Shown piece after piece: positions 19,120 through 29,177 of a stretch of 64,000 nucleotides of DNA. Below the pieces are notes generated by a model. That model was not told the DNA's origin. It saw nothing but the letters and a program-made list of their open reading frames with translations, and made no database searches. How positions within the stretch are numbered: the first letter of the stretch is position 1; every line of letters begins with the position of its first letter. The stretch covers positions 32,001-96,000 of the forward strand of contig CAVYGB010000002.1 in NCBI GenBank assembly GCA_963767925.1, written 5' to 3'. The stretch comes from an uncultured delta proteobacterium (GTDB lineage Bacteria; Myxococcota_A; Polyangia; Fen-1088). Position numbers and translations under genes: made by a program.

Positions 19120-20145
19120 CTATTTACCGGCCAGGTAGATCTGGTCGTAGATGGCGTTGTCCTCGAAGTGGAGCTTCTGGGCCTTTTGCCAGCCGCCGAA
19201 TACCTCGTCAATCGTGAAGAGGGTGATCTTGGCGAACACCGCGGCGTGTTTCTGGGCCACGGCGGCATTGCGGGGGCGGTAGAAGTTCCTGGCGATGATC
19301 TCCTGGCCCTCGTCGGTGTAGAGGAAGCGCAGGTAGGCCTCCGCCACCTTCCGGGTGCCGTGTTTGGCGGCGTTCTTCTCGACCACGGTGACGGGCGGCT
19401 CGGCCAGGATGCTGACCGACGGCGCGACGATCTCGAACCTGTCCTTGCCGAACTGGTTCAGCACCAGGAAGGCCTCGTTCTCCCAGGAGAGGAAGACGTC
19501 GCCGATGCCCCGCTGGGCGAAGGTGGTGGTCGAGCCGCGGGCGCCCGAGTCGAGCACGGGGACGTTCTTGTAAAGGCGGCTGACGAAGTCGCGGACCTTG
19601 GTCTCGTCGTCGTTGAACTGCCTGAGGCCCCAGCCCCAGGCGGCCAGGTAGTTCCAGCGCGCGCCCCCCGAGGTCTTCGGGTTGGGGGTGATCACCTTGA
19701 CGCCCGGCCTGGCCAGGTCGCCCCAGTCCTTGATCCCCCTGGGGTTGCCCTTGCGCACCACGAACACGATGGTCGAGGTGTAAGGCGCGCTCTTGTCGGG
19801 CAGGCGGCTCTGCCAGTCCTTGGGGATGAGGCCGGCCTTCTCGTGGAGGGCGTCGATGTCGTAGGCCAGGGCCAGGGTGGCCACGTCGGCCTCGAGGCCG
19901 TCGAGGATCGAGCGGGCCTGCTTGCCCGAGCCGCCGTGCGACTGCTTGATGACGACGTTCTCCCCGCTCTTGGCCTTCCACCTGGCGGCGAAGGCGGCGT
20001 TGATCTGCTGGTACAGCTCGCGGGTGGGGTCGTACGAGACGTTGAGCAGGGTGACGTCGGCATCGGCGGTGTCGGCGGGCAGCGCGAGGGCGGCGAGCAG
20101 CGCGAGGGCCGCGACTCCGACCAGGAGCCATTTCTTGGGGGACAT
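19120..20145 (-). CDS. sbp: Sulfate ABC transporter substrate-binding protein
   Basis: [43 protein letters not shown] before ATG 20145. Confidence 0.93.
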   Translation of the reverse strand: MSPKKWLLVGVAALALLAALALPADTADADVTLLNVSYDPTRELYQQINAAFAARWKAKSGENVVIKQSHGGSGKQARSILDGLEADVATLALAYDIDALHEKAGLIPKDWQSRLPDKSAPYTSTIVFVVRKGNPRGIKDWGDLARPGVKVITPNPKTSGGARWNYLAAWGWGLRQFNDDETKVRDFVSRLYKNVPVLDSGARGSTTTFAQRGIGDVFLSWENEAFLVLNQFGKDRFEIVAPSVSILAEPPVTVVEKNAAKHGTRKVAEAYLRFLYTDEGQEIIARNFYRPRNAAVAQKHAAVFAKITLFTIDEVFGGWQKAQKLHFEDNAIYDQIYLAGK

Positions 20146-20395
20146 GCGGCGGTCTCCTTGCTGAGGCCCTGGGCCTCCCGGGCGGCCCGGTTCGGATCGG
20201 ATCGGCGTAGAGGGTGAAGGTGTCGTCATCGAGCGGAGGGCATTGTAGCGAAGCGCAGCTCGAACGGCCCCCCGGGTCCCCTTCCCGGAGAGCCAGCCAG
20301 GGGTCCCGCTGGACACCTGTCTCGTAAACCGTCGGCGGCCCGCCCGTCAAGAATTTTCCCGTATACGAGAGCTATGTCCATTCGACCGCCAGGGT

Positions 20396-20680
20396 TCAGG
20401 CGGCCAGGGCCCGAAGCTGGCTGGTCCCGAAGCGGCGCACAAGGCGGATGGGGCGGTTGCTCCGGCGGGCGATCTCCCGGGCGTGCAGCACCGCCCCGTG
20501 GCTGTTGATCTCGGTGACGATGACCACCACGTCCGAGCGCTCGATCATGGCCCGCAGGCGCTCGCTGGCGGTGCCCCGCATGTGGCCGTCGTGAAACTCG
20601 AGCTGGTGGCCGGCGGCCAGAGCGACTGCTGACAACCGGTCGGCGGTTCGTTCGGCCCCGCCCACGATCCCGATGCGCAT
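20396..20680 (-). CDS. DUF2325-like small protein
   Basis: MRIGIVGG...SDVVVIVTEINSHGAV pattern; GGAG RBS. Confidence 0.7.
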   Translation of the reverse strand: MRIGIVGGAERTADRLSAVALAAGHQLEFHDGHMRGTASERLRAMIERSDVVVIVTEINSHGAVLHAREIARRSNRPIRLVRRFGTSQLRALAA

Positions 20681-20694
20681 GGATGCACTCTCCT

Positions 20695-20722
20695 CCAGAC
20701 AGTATGTCTGGTTTAACAGACA
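20695..20722. promoter_or_regulatory. Overlapping palindromes, candidate operator
   Basis: CCAGACA-GTA-TGTCTGG and TGTCTG-GTTTAA-CAGACA just upstream of the DUF2325 gene. Confidence 0.5.
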
Positions 20723-20789
20723 GTGCAACTCAAGAGGCCGACCCTCACCCGGCCTTCGATCAAGACCCGGTCGCGCAAGACCCGGTCGC

Positions 20790-20935
20790 GCCTGCAGCCC
20801 CTGGTGGAGGGCTGCCTCAGGTGGGCAGCCTACGACTGTTGCCACCGCAACCAGCTCCAGACGGCGCGCCTGCTGGGCATCAGCCGCAACATCGTGCGGG
20901 CGCGCCCGATCCAGCTCGGCAAGATCCCGGGCGAG
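20790..20935 (+). pseudogene. Remnant Fis-type HTH of a sigma54-dependent activator (SfnR-like)
   Basis: AAYDCCHRNQLQTARLLGISRNIVRAR with no AAA+ domain upstream. Confidence 0.6.
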
Positions 20936-20975
20936 CGGCGCGGGCAGCTCGCCACCAGAGTAGACCGGCCCTCGC

Positions 20976-21650
20976 TCAGCGGACGTAGACGACGATGTTG
21001 TGGTAGCGGGCCTCGCCCCCGCCCGGGTTCTCGTAGATGTGGGGGCGGTCGGCGGGAAAGGCCAGCGCGTCGCCGGGGCCGAGGTCGAACTTGTCGCTGC
21101 CGACGTGCATGCGCAGCAGGCCGGCCAGCACGGTGATCAGCTCCCTGGTGCCGGGGCCGTGGGCCTCGGCGGCGTGCTGGGAGCGGCCGGCCAGGCGCAG
21201 CTCGTAGACCTCGATGTCCCGGGAGAAGCCGGCGGGGGTCATCGGCCGGCTCTCGAGGCGGCCGTCGGCGGAGCGGAGCACCTGGGCGTCGGAGCGGCGC
21301 AGGAGGTTGGCGGTGGGGCCGGCCTCGCCCAGCAGCTCGGAGAAGGGGATGCCCAGGCCCACCGCGATCTTCCACAGCACGCTGAGCGAGGGGTTGCTCT
21401 TCTGGGTCTCGATCTGGGAGAGGGCCGCCCGGCTCACGCCCGAGGCGGAGGCCAGCTCGTCGAGGGACAGGCCCCGGGTCTTGCGCCGCTCGCGCAGGTT
21501 GGCCGCCACCCGCTGGGCCAGCTCGGCGGCGCCCAGATCGTCGCCGGGGGGCAGGGGCGCGCCCCGGCCGTGGCGGCGGGCGGCCCTTGTCCCGGCCCCG
21601 AGCGACGCGGCGGCCGGCGAGCGGGCGGCGATGGCGGAGCGCTTCTTCAT
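20976..21650 (-). CDS. XRE family HTH + cupin transcriptional regulator (SutR/PuuR-like)
   Basis: LSLDELASASGVSRAALSQIE..NPSLSVLWKIA; cupin AHGPGTRE..FPADRPHIYEN. Confidence 0.9.
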   Translation of the reverse strand: MKKRSAIAARSPAAASLGAGTRAARRHGRGAPLPPGDDLGAAELAQRVAANLRERRKTRGLSLDELASASGVSRAALSQIETQKSNPSLSVLWKIAVGLGIPFSELLGEAGPTANLLRRSDAQVLRSADGRLESRPMTPAGFSRDIEVYELRLAGRSQHAAEAHGPGTRELITVLAGLLRMHVGSDKFDLGPGDALAFPADRPHIYENPGGGEARYHNIVVYVR

Positions 21651-21893
21651 CTGGGGTGGGGCCACGATATCACGGGGCCCGGTCTGTCTCGCATGATGGA
21701 CAGAGAGGGGACCGCACAGCTCCGGGTCGCGTGGAAGGCCAACGGTCTGACCTGCGTGGTGACGTACGGGGTCTCCTTCGCCGTGCGCTCGCTCGCGCGC
21801 TGGCCTCTCCGTTCTCGTTGATCGCGTTCCTCCATGGCGCGCGCTCCGACCTCGCATCGATGGTCGACTCGGAGGGTAGGGGTGGCAGGGGGG

Positions 21894-22643
21894 TCAGGTC
21901 GGGCGGCGGAAGGCGCGGGTGGTGAAGGGCCAGATGACGACGCGGGTGGGCTGATTGCCCCAGGCGGCCGCCAGCTTGCGCGAGACGCGCTCGACGGGGT
22001 CGTGGCCTTCCTTCTCGCGGTACTTCTTCAGCGGGGACCAGGTGCTGACGTAGCCGAACAGGTGATCGAGGGTCCAGGTCACGCGCATGTCGAAGACGGG
22101 GGCGGCGTCGATCTCGGGCAGCGGGACGTCGACGGTGCGGTAGCCGTTCTCCACGAGGCGGCGCTCGGGCTCCCAGTATTTGCCGAGGAGGTCCTGGTAG
22201 AGCTCGACGATCACGCGGTCGACGGCGGGGCCGATCACCGGGAGCTGGTACGACGACAGGGCGAGCACGCCGCCCGGCCACAACACGCGGCTGACCTCGG
22301 GGAAGAAGGTGTCGGGCTGGAACCAGTGGAAGGACTGCGCCGCCAGCATGAGGTCGACGCTGTTCTCGCGCAGGCCGGTGTCCTCGGCGGCGGCCCGGCG
22401 GTATTCGACGCGCGGGTGGGGGCGGGCGTTGGCGAGCTGCTCGTCGCTGGCGTCGAGGCCGACCACGCGATCGAAGTGCTCGGCGAGGCCATGGGCGGCC
22501 TGACCGCTGCCGGTGCCGAGGTCGACGGCCATCAGGCGCGAGGGGCTCTGGTCGGCGAGCCAGGCGAACAGGGCGGGCGGATAGCTCGGCCGGAAACGGG
22601 CATAGTCCGCCGCGCTCTCGGAGAACAGATCCTTGACGGCCAT
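21894..22643 (-). CDS. Class I SAM-dependent methyltransferase
   Basis: YARFRPSYP, DLGTGSGQ, AAQSFHWF. Confidence 0.9.
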   Translation of the reverse strand: MAVKDLFSESAADYARFRPSYPPALFAWLADQSPSRLMAVDLGTGSGQAAHGLAEHFDRVVGLDASDEQLANARPHPRVEYRRAAAEDTGLRENSVDLMLAAQSFHWFQPDTFFPEVSRVLWPGGVLALSSYQLPVIGPAVDRVIVELYQDLLGKYWEPERRLVENGYRTVDVPLPEIDAAPVFDMRVTWTLDHLFGYVSTWSPLKKYREKEGHDPVERVSRKLAAAWGNQPTRVVIWPFTTRAFRRPT

Positions 22644-22968
22644 GGGGGCTCCATCTTGGATCATGACGCGCCCGACGTGGCAGTCGCCATGACGTGACAG
22701 CCGGTAGGCGCTCGCTCATGGCCCCCGGAGCCGCGTCGGCCCGCTGCTCGGGCCGCACGACGCGCCGCAAGCGCTGGAATGGCAGATTGGGCGGCGGCGG
22801 CGACGGGGCGGACGATGCGGCGGCGGGCGGGTACGGAGCGAGGTGCCCGCGGGCGTAGCGGATGCGGCAGCAGCGCGGGCGGACCGGCGAAGTGAAGCAC
22901 CGGCGGCAGTGGCGGAGGCCGCAGGGGGGATCGACCACGCGCCAGCTATCTGCGCTATCACCTGGGGG

Positions 22969-23982
22969 GTGAGGCTGCTGCAAGAAGGTCCGGCGCCGGA
23001 GCCGGCGGCGCCCGCGCCGGGGCCGGGCGAGCGGATCGGGCGGGGGGCGGGGCGCGCGACGGCGAGGACGCTGCGGGGGTTGCGGTGGGCGCTGCTGCTG
23101 GGGGCGCTCGGGTATGGCGGGGTGCTGGGGTGGTTCCGGGTCTACGAGGACCGCTACGTGTTCCAGCCGGAGCGGGGGCCGCTGCGGCCGGCGCCGGCGC
23201 GGCTGGCGCTCGACGCCCGGGACGTGCGGTTCTCGGCGGGCGATGGGGTGGCGCTGGCGGCGCGGCTGATCCCGCCGCCGCCTGCGGTGCCGGCGGCGGC
23301 GGCGGGCTGGATCCTCTACTTTCACGGCAGCTCGGCCAACGTGGGCAGCATCGGCTACAACGAGGCCTGGGCGAAGTTCCGGCGCATGGGGATGGGGGTG
23401 CTGGCGGTCGACTACCGCGGGTACGGCGAGAGCGCGGGCACGCCCTCGGAGGCGGGGCTGTACCGGGACGCCGAGGCGGCCTACCGCCACCTCACCGGCG
23501 CGCTGGGGGTGCCGCCGGCGCGGGTGCTGATCTACGGGTTCTCGCTCGGCTCGGCGGTGGCGGTCGACCTGGCGACACGGGTGCCGGCGGCCGGGCTGAT
23601 GCTCGAGGGGGCGCTGCTGTCGGTGCCGATCCGGGGCGCAGAGCTGTACCCGTTCCTGCCGGCGAACCTGCTGGCGCGCAACCGCTTCGCGTCGATCGAC
23701 AAGATCGCCCGCGTGCCGCTGCCGAAGCTCTTCCTGCACGCGCGCGAGGACCGGGATATCCCCCTGCACCACGGGCGCGGGCTGTTCGAGCGGGCCCTGC
23801 CGCCGAAGACCTTCCAGGAGGTGGGCGGCGGCCACGCCACCGCCCACCAGGTCGACCCGGCGTTCTTCCTGGCGGTCGCGCGCTTCGTGAGCGCGCTCGG
23901 GATCCCGCTGGCGACCACGACGCCCGAGCTCCCTGCCCGGGCGGCACCGGCACCGGCACCGGCACCGGCATCAGCACGGTGA
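22969..23982 (+). CDS. Alpha/beta hydrolase (ABHD12/13-like)
   Basis: YFHG, DYRGYGES, GFSLG nucleophile, D and GGH; start uncertain; (AP)n tail. Confidence 0.88.
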   Translation: MRLLQEGPAPEPAAPAPGPGERIGRGAGRATARTLRGLRWALLLGALGYGGVLGWFRVYEDRYVFQPERGPLRPAPARLALDARDVRFSAGDGVALAARLIPPPPAVPAAAAGWILYFHGSSANVGSIGYNEAWAKFRRMGMGVLAVDYRGYGESAGTPSEAGLYRDAEAAYRHLTGALGVPPARVLIYGFSLGSAVAVDLATRVPAAGLMLEGALLSVPIRGAELYPFLPANLLARNRFASIDKIARVPLPKLFLHAREDRDIPLHHGRGLFERALPPKTFQEVGGGHATAHQVDPAFFLAVARFVSALGIPLATTTPELPARAAPAPAPAPASAR

Positions 23983-24015
23983 TGGCGGCGGGACGGGTTC
24001 GCTAGTTCCAGGGGA

Positions 24016-24726
24016 CTAGGGACGTGAGCCGGAGGTGGCGGCGCGGAGGTGGCCGGCGGACATCACGGCGATGAAGAGCAGCCAGCCGAGGAAACAGATC
24101 AGGCCGAGCAGGCCCCAGGGCGATCCCAGCACCACCGCGCGGATGGGGAAGGCGGCTGCCAGGCCGAGCGGGCTGACGAACATGGCCATGAAGGCCGCCC
24201 AGCGGGGGCCCAGGCCTCCCAGCCGGCAGCCCACGCCGAAGGCGCCGAGGGCGGTGGAGAGGGCGACGAGGTTGACGGCAAACATCGCCGTCTTGAGCTT
24301 CCAGGTCCACAGGGTGAGGGCGCCGTTGCGCAGGAGGGTCTCGGCGCTGGCGATGAGGACCACGTCGAGCGCCACGGTGGCGCCGAAGGTCACCGTCATC
24401 AGCGAGGCGGCGATGGCGCCGACCCAGCCCCAGGACTCGGCTTCGGGGCTGGCGGCGTGCAGGCGGCGGACCATGCCGATGACGAACAGCAGGAGGCACG
24501 GAATCGACACGACGAACAGGCTGGCCGACAGCGACAGCAGCGCCGGCTTGCCCTGGTGATAGGCGACGAGCTGCTCGAGGGATGCGCCCGCCAGCGGCTG
24601 CGGCTGGCGGAGGACGTTCTCGCCGAACACGGCGCCGAGAAAACCGAAGCCTCCCAGGCCCGCGGCGCGCAGGAAGCCGTCGCGCGGGTACGGGGCGGCG
24701 GGGGTGAGGTCGGGGGTGGGGATCAT
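24016..24726 (-). CDS. Hypothetical membrane protein (DUF4386-like)
   Basis: About 6 TM helices; GAGG RBS before ATG 24726. Confidence 0.6.
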   Translation of the reverse strand: MIPTPDLTPAAPYPRDGFLRAAGLGGFGFLGAVFGENVLRQPQPLAGASLEQLVAYHQGKPALLSLSASLFVVSIPCLLLFVIGMVRRLHAASPEAESWGWVGAIAASLMTVTFGATVALDVVLIASAETLLRNGALTLWTWKLKTAMFAVNLVALSTALGAFGVGCRLGGLGPRWAAFMAMFVSPLGLAAAFPIRAVVLGSPWGLLGLICFLGWLLFIAVMSAGHLRAATSGSRP

Positions 24727-24870
24727 CGGGGCCTCTTTGGGGGTTGCGCGGCGAGGGGCGGGCGGTGGCGCGGAACCGCCGGCAGGTGGCGACGAACCAC
24801 CGGGAGGTCTGAGCGGTGGCCAGAGCGTAGATCGTCCCGACCGCGGCGGCGAGGCCGGGCGCGGCGAGCG

Positions 24871-25037
24871 CGGTCGTGGGCGCGCGGTCGTGGGCGCGGC
24901 GGTCGTGGGCGCGGCGGTCGTGGGCGCGCGGTCGTGGGCGCGGCGGTCGTGGGCGCGCGGTCGTGGGCGCGCGGTCGTGGGCGCGCGGTCGTGGGCGCGC
25001 GCGGCGGTCGTGGGCGCGCGCGGCGGTCGTGGGCGCA
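24871..25037 (+). repeat. Tandem repeat, 11 copies of CGGTCGTGGGCGC core
   Basis: GGTCGTGGG at 24872, 24886, 24901, 24916, 24930, 24945, 24959, 24973, 24987, 25006, 25025. Confidence 0.9.
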
Positions 25038-25349
25038 CGGGGAGTGGAGCGGAGGGCGGGCTACGTACTTTACGGCCGGGGGGGGCGAGGGGGATGTCCC
25101 TCCCGGGGCACGGCCGCTTACCCGCGGGCGGGGGGAGCCTCACGGGCGGGGGCTGCGGAGGGCGGTCGACGTTGGCCTGGTGGGGGCGCGCGGCCTCGAC
25201 TCGCGCCTTGGCGACCGTCGCAGACGGCGGTGCAGGCGCTCCACGCCCCCGGGACGGACATCCCCACCTTTCCCCCCCGCCCGGGGTGGCCTACATTTTC
25301 TCCGCCCTGGGCGTGTGGCGATCGCACGGGGCGGCGGGGGGCGGCGGCC

Positions 25350-25548
25350 GGCTATCGTTGGGGGCACGCGGCGCCGCCTACCGCTGGGGGGCGCGAGGCG
25401 AAGAAAAGCGACGGTGATGGCCCGCTATCGATGGGGGCGGAAGGAGGCGAAGAAGAGCGGGGCGGTGGCCCCGCTATTCGATGGGGGGCGCGCCGGCGGA
25501 TTGGGGGTTTTGAAGGGGAGGCGGCCGCCGCCTATCGATGGGGGGCGC
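25350..25548 (+). repeat. Five degenerate CTATCGATGGGGG direct repeats including a ~49-bp duplication
   Basis: Copies near 25351, 25378, 25424, 25473, 25531; 25395-25439 resembles 25444-25490. Confidence 0.65.
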
Positions 25549-25771
25549 GAGTGGGCGGGGGCGGCTTGTGCGGAATTGGTGGGCCGGGGAGCGCGGAGGT
25601 TCGTACAGATGGGAGGCGCGGGGTGGGGGCGCGGACGCGGAGGGCGGCGCGGAGGGCAAAGGGGAAATGGGGAGATAGTCGTAGCTTCGGGGCGGGCAGA
25701 ATGGGGCGCGTGGGCCTGGTTTTTCGAGGATTGGGGGTCTCGCTGACGGGTCCGTGGGGTAGTATGACGCT

Positions 25772-27607
25772 GTGAGTTTACAGGAGTGGCTCGATCGAAA
25801 CGCCCAGCCCGGTCGGGTTGGTGGCGTGGACGTGGGGGCGCGGCGCCGCCGCGAGCCTTCGCGCGCGATCGTGTGGCTGTGCGCGGTCTTCAGCCTGGCG
25901 CTGCTCGCGGGCTGGGCCTACTTCGGCTGGCGCACCTTCCGGGCAGAGCGCGTGACGGTCGGGCTGGGGACGCTGGCGTATCTGCTGGCGGGCTACTTCG
26001 TTCATCCGGCGGCCCGCTCCGACAACCTGGGCTGGTTCGGCGGCCTCGTCGACAACCCCTTTCGCTTTTCCGACGGGGCAAACCGTTTTCTCGCGACGGT
26101 GGCGGTGTTGCTCTGGCCGGGCCGCTTCGTGGCCGAGTCGCTGGTGGCGCTGCTGCGGGGTCGCTCCCCGCCGGGGCCCGAGCCGGCTCTCCCTGGCCCG
26201 CCGCCGCCAGGGTCGCCCTGGGCAGCGGCGACTCCGACGGCGAACCCCTGGCCGCCAGCGGCCGCTCCCCTCGCCTCGCGCGGGCCGGCAGCGGCAGGAC
26301 CGGCCACCGCTCCCCTCTCCTCGCACGCGCCGGGCGCCGCGGCCCCCGGCTCCCGCGCGGCTGCGGCCGGGCCCCCGATGATCTCCCGCTCGCCGCCGCC
26401 CGGCGCGCAGCAGACGCCCGCCGGCGGACCCGCGCCCGGGGCGTCGCCCTGGACTCAGGGTTCGTCCTGGCCGGCGTTCGGGCCGGGGCCCCAGGGGGCG
26501 TCGCCCTGGCAGTCGGCGGGCGCGCCTTCGTGGCCCCAGGCCGGGCCGCCGAGCGCCTCGACTCAATGGCCGCTCGACGAGACCGCCACCTGGTCGCCCC
26601 CCATCGCGGGTGGCGCCACCTCGGAGTCGCCGAGCGGGACGCTGCCCGAGCCGTCGGCGGTGGCCCAGGTCGGCACGGAGCCAGGCGCGCCTCCGGTCTG
26701 GGAGGCCGAGGAGGTCGTGTCACCGGAGCACGCGGCCGAGCTGGTGCGGGCGCAGTTTCCCGCGCTCGTGCCGGTGCGGGTGGCGCCGCTGGGGGTCGGC
26801 TGGGACAACACCGCCTATCGGGTCAATGACGCTTACGTGTTCCGGTTTCCCCGGCGGGAGATCGCCGTGCCGCTGATGGAGACCGAGACGCGGGTGCTGC
26901 CCGAGATCGCCGCGCGCCTGCCGCTCGCCGTCCCCGTGCCCACGCTGATCGGCCGTCCCGGCGGCACCTTCCGCTGGCCCTTCGCCGGCTACCCGTTTCT
27001 CCCGGGTCGCACCGCCTGCCGGGGTGACCTCGACGTCCATCAACGCGCAGCCATCGCCGAGCCGCTGGGGCAGTTCCTGGCCGCCCTGCACGCCCTGCCC
27101 ATCGACGAGATGGTCGCCCTCGGCGTGGGCGGCGACAACATCGGTCGCCTCGACCTGAGCACCCGCATCCCCCGCGCGCTCGAGATCCTGGCCGGCCTGC
27201 CCGGCGACGCCCTGGGGGTCGATCGGGGCCAGCTCCGCACCATCATCGAATCGTCGGCCGCCCTGCGCGCCCCCGCCAACTTCGTGCTGGTCCACGGCGA
27301 CCTCTACGTGCGCCACCTGCTGATCGACGAGCAGGCCCGCCTGTGCGGCATCATCGACTGGGGCGACGTGCACATCGGCAACCCCGCCGTCGACCTCTCG
27401 GTCGCGCACGGCTTCCTCCCTCCCCCCGCCCGCCAGATCTTCCTGCGGGCCTACGCCCGCCGGGTCCCCGCCCCCACCTGGTGGCTGGCCCGCTTCCGGG
27501 CCATCTTCAGCGCGCTCAACATCCTCGACTACGGCCGCAAGACCGGCGACAGCGACCTCGAACGCGAAGGCCGCCAGTCCCTCATCAACTCCCTCACCAG
27601 CGCCTGA
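25772..27607 (+). CDS. Aminoglycoside/choline phosphotransferase (APH) family kinase fused to an N-terminal membrane domain
   Basis: GWDN, VFRFPRR, LVHGDL..HLL, IIDWGD; N-terminal TM helices and Pro-rich linker. Confidence 0.8.
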   Translation: MSLQEWLDRNAQPGRVGGVDVGARRRREPSRAIVWLCAVFSLALLAGWAYFGWRTFRAERVTVGLGTLAYLLAGYFVHPAARSDNLGWFGGLVDNPFRFSDGANRFLATVAVLLWPGRFVAESLVALLRGRSPPGPEPALPGPPPPGSPWAAATPTANPWPPAAAPLASRGPAAAGPATAPLSSHAPGAAAPGSRAAAAGPPMISRSPPPGAQQTPAGGPAPGASPWTQGSSWPAFGPGPQGASPWQSAGAPSWPQAGPPSASTQWPLDETATWSPPIAGGATSESPSGTLPEPSAVAQVGTEPGAPPVWEAEEVVSPEHAAELVRAQFPALVPVRVAPLGVGWDNTAYRVNDAYVFRFPRREIAVPLMETETRVLPEIAARLPLAVPVPTLIGRPGGTFRWPFAGYPFLPGRTACRGDLDVHQRAAIAEPLGQFLAALHALPIDEMVALGVGGDNIGRLDLSTRIPRALEILAGLPGDALGVDRGQLRTIIESSAALRAPANFVLVHGDLYVRHLLIDEQARLCGIIDWGDVHIGNPAVDLSVAHGFLPPPARQIFLRAYARRVPAPTWWLARFRAIFSALNILDYGRKTGDSDLEREGRQSLINSLTSA

Positions 27608-27982
27608 CTCCGGGTCCGGGCCCCCGCCTGTAATTACCCCCTATTCAAGTGAGGGCGCGCGAGGCGAGGGGCGATCTGAAATTGCGCCCTATTCAAGTTA
27701 GGACGCGCGGAGGGAGGGACGAGCGGGTCAGGTGGTCGTGATGGCGATTTGAAGAGCACCCGCAGCGCGCTCCGGCGCCTTCGCATCCTCTTCTGGTGAC
27801 CCACGCCGCCGTTATCGGTAGAAATTGGCCCGTTCTTGACCGAGGCGGCGTCTACCGCGCGCTCGGTTGAATCGAGGAGCGGGAGACGATCTGCCCCCTG
27901 CTCGACGGTCGCTCGCCACCGGGCGGATTCCGGCCCCAGGATGACTGAGACACGGGCGACGGCGGCAAAGGAAACGAGGCTC

Positions 27983-28969
27983 TCAGAGCTTGTGGCCGAG
28001 GAGGACGGGCATGCGGGGGGCGGTGGGGTGGCGGAGGGCCTGCCAGGGGGTGGTGCCGGGGGTGATGGTGCGAAAGTGGAAGAGGCGGCTGCCTTCCAGC
28101 TCGGCGCGGGTCAGGCCGCGGTAGCGGTGGGCCAGGTGGGGGGCGCCGGCTTCGGCGTAGTAGTGCTGGGTGCGCTGCCAGGCGCGGTGGCGGGCGACGG
28201 CGTCGGGGTAGACCGGCGAGTCGGCGAGGAGGAAGGCGCCGCCGGGGCGCAGGACGCGGGCGATCTCGGCGAGGGCGCGGGGCAGGCGGAGGGCGTAGTG
28301 GAGGGCGGCGGCGGCGATCACGACGTCGAAGGCGCCGTCCTGGATCGGCAGGGCGTCCAGCTCGCCGCACAGGCGGTGGACGCGCGGATCGTCGATCGCG
28401 CCGAGCCCCGTGTCGCTGGTGTCGAGATCGAGGGCGGTCACGTCGTGGGCGCCGGCGAGGCGCCGGGCCAGCCAGCCGTTGCCCGCGCCGAGGTCGAGCA
28501 CCCGGCGCGCGCGCGGGAGCAGGGCCAGGCAGCCGCGGATCAAGGCGTAGTGAAAGGCGCGGATGCGCCAGATGCCCGGGTTGCGGCCGGTGCTGTCGCG
28601 GAAGGGGAGCCCGCGCACGAAGCCGGGGTCGGTCGAGGCGTAGCCCTCGGTCAAGCGCAGGCGCCGGTAGTCGTCGATGAACCGACGGATCCCCGTGCCG
28701 CCAGGCGCGCCCGCTGCAGGTGGCGGCGGTCCGGTGGTGCTGGCATTTCTCGCGTGCGCGGCAAGCGGCGGCTCGATGGAGCCGAGGTTCCCGGCGGGCG
28801 CGCGCGGCGGCGGCTCGCCGTGGCCAGTGATTTCACTTCGTTCGGACCGGGGCAAGGGCACAAACGGTTCACCGGGGCTGGTGTTCCCGGCGGGAGCTGG
28901 CGACGGCTGGCCATCGGCGCTCTCGCCGGGGGCGGAGGGAGGGCCGCGGCCGGGGGGGGAGTCGGGCAT
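27983..28969 (-). CDS. Class I SAM-dependent methyltransferase
   Basis: [25 protein letters not shown]; start uncertain. Confidence 0.8.
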   Translation of the reverse strand: MPDSPPGRGPPSAPGESADGQPSPAPAGNTSPGEPFVPLPRSERSEITGHGEPPPRAPAGNLGSIEPPLAAHARNASTTGPPPPAAGAPGGTGIRRFIDDYRRLRLTEGYASTDPGFVRGLPFRDSTGRNPGIWRIRAFHYALIRGCLALLPRARRVLDLGAGNGWLARRLAGAHDVTALDLDTSDTGLGAIDDPRVHRLCGELDALPIQDGAFDVVIAAAALHYALRLPRALAEIARVLRPGGAFLLADSPVYPDAVARHRAWQRTQHYYAEAGAPHLAHRYRGLTRAELEGSRLFHFRTITPGTTPWQALRHPTAPRMPVLLGHKL

Positions 28970-29177
28970 GGGCGGCGGCGGGTGGGGTGCGGCGCGCCGT
29001 GGGGCGGAGGGCAGGTCCGGCGTGGCCGCGGCGCTGGGCGGCTGTGTCTCAGGCTACCACGCCGGAGTGGGGGGGCGGTTCGGCTCCGAGCGATCCCTGA
29101 TTGTGGTTATGATGCTGGGCTGGCCGCGTCGGCCGGAAGAAGCCCCGAGCAAGGTTGCACGCACCGTGGCGCCCAGC

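Noticed and set aside
24871..25548. Possible CRISPR array
   Set aside because: Repeats too short, spacers absent or irregular, no cas genes
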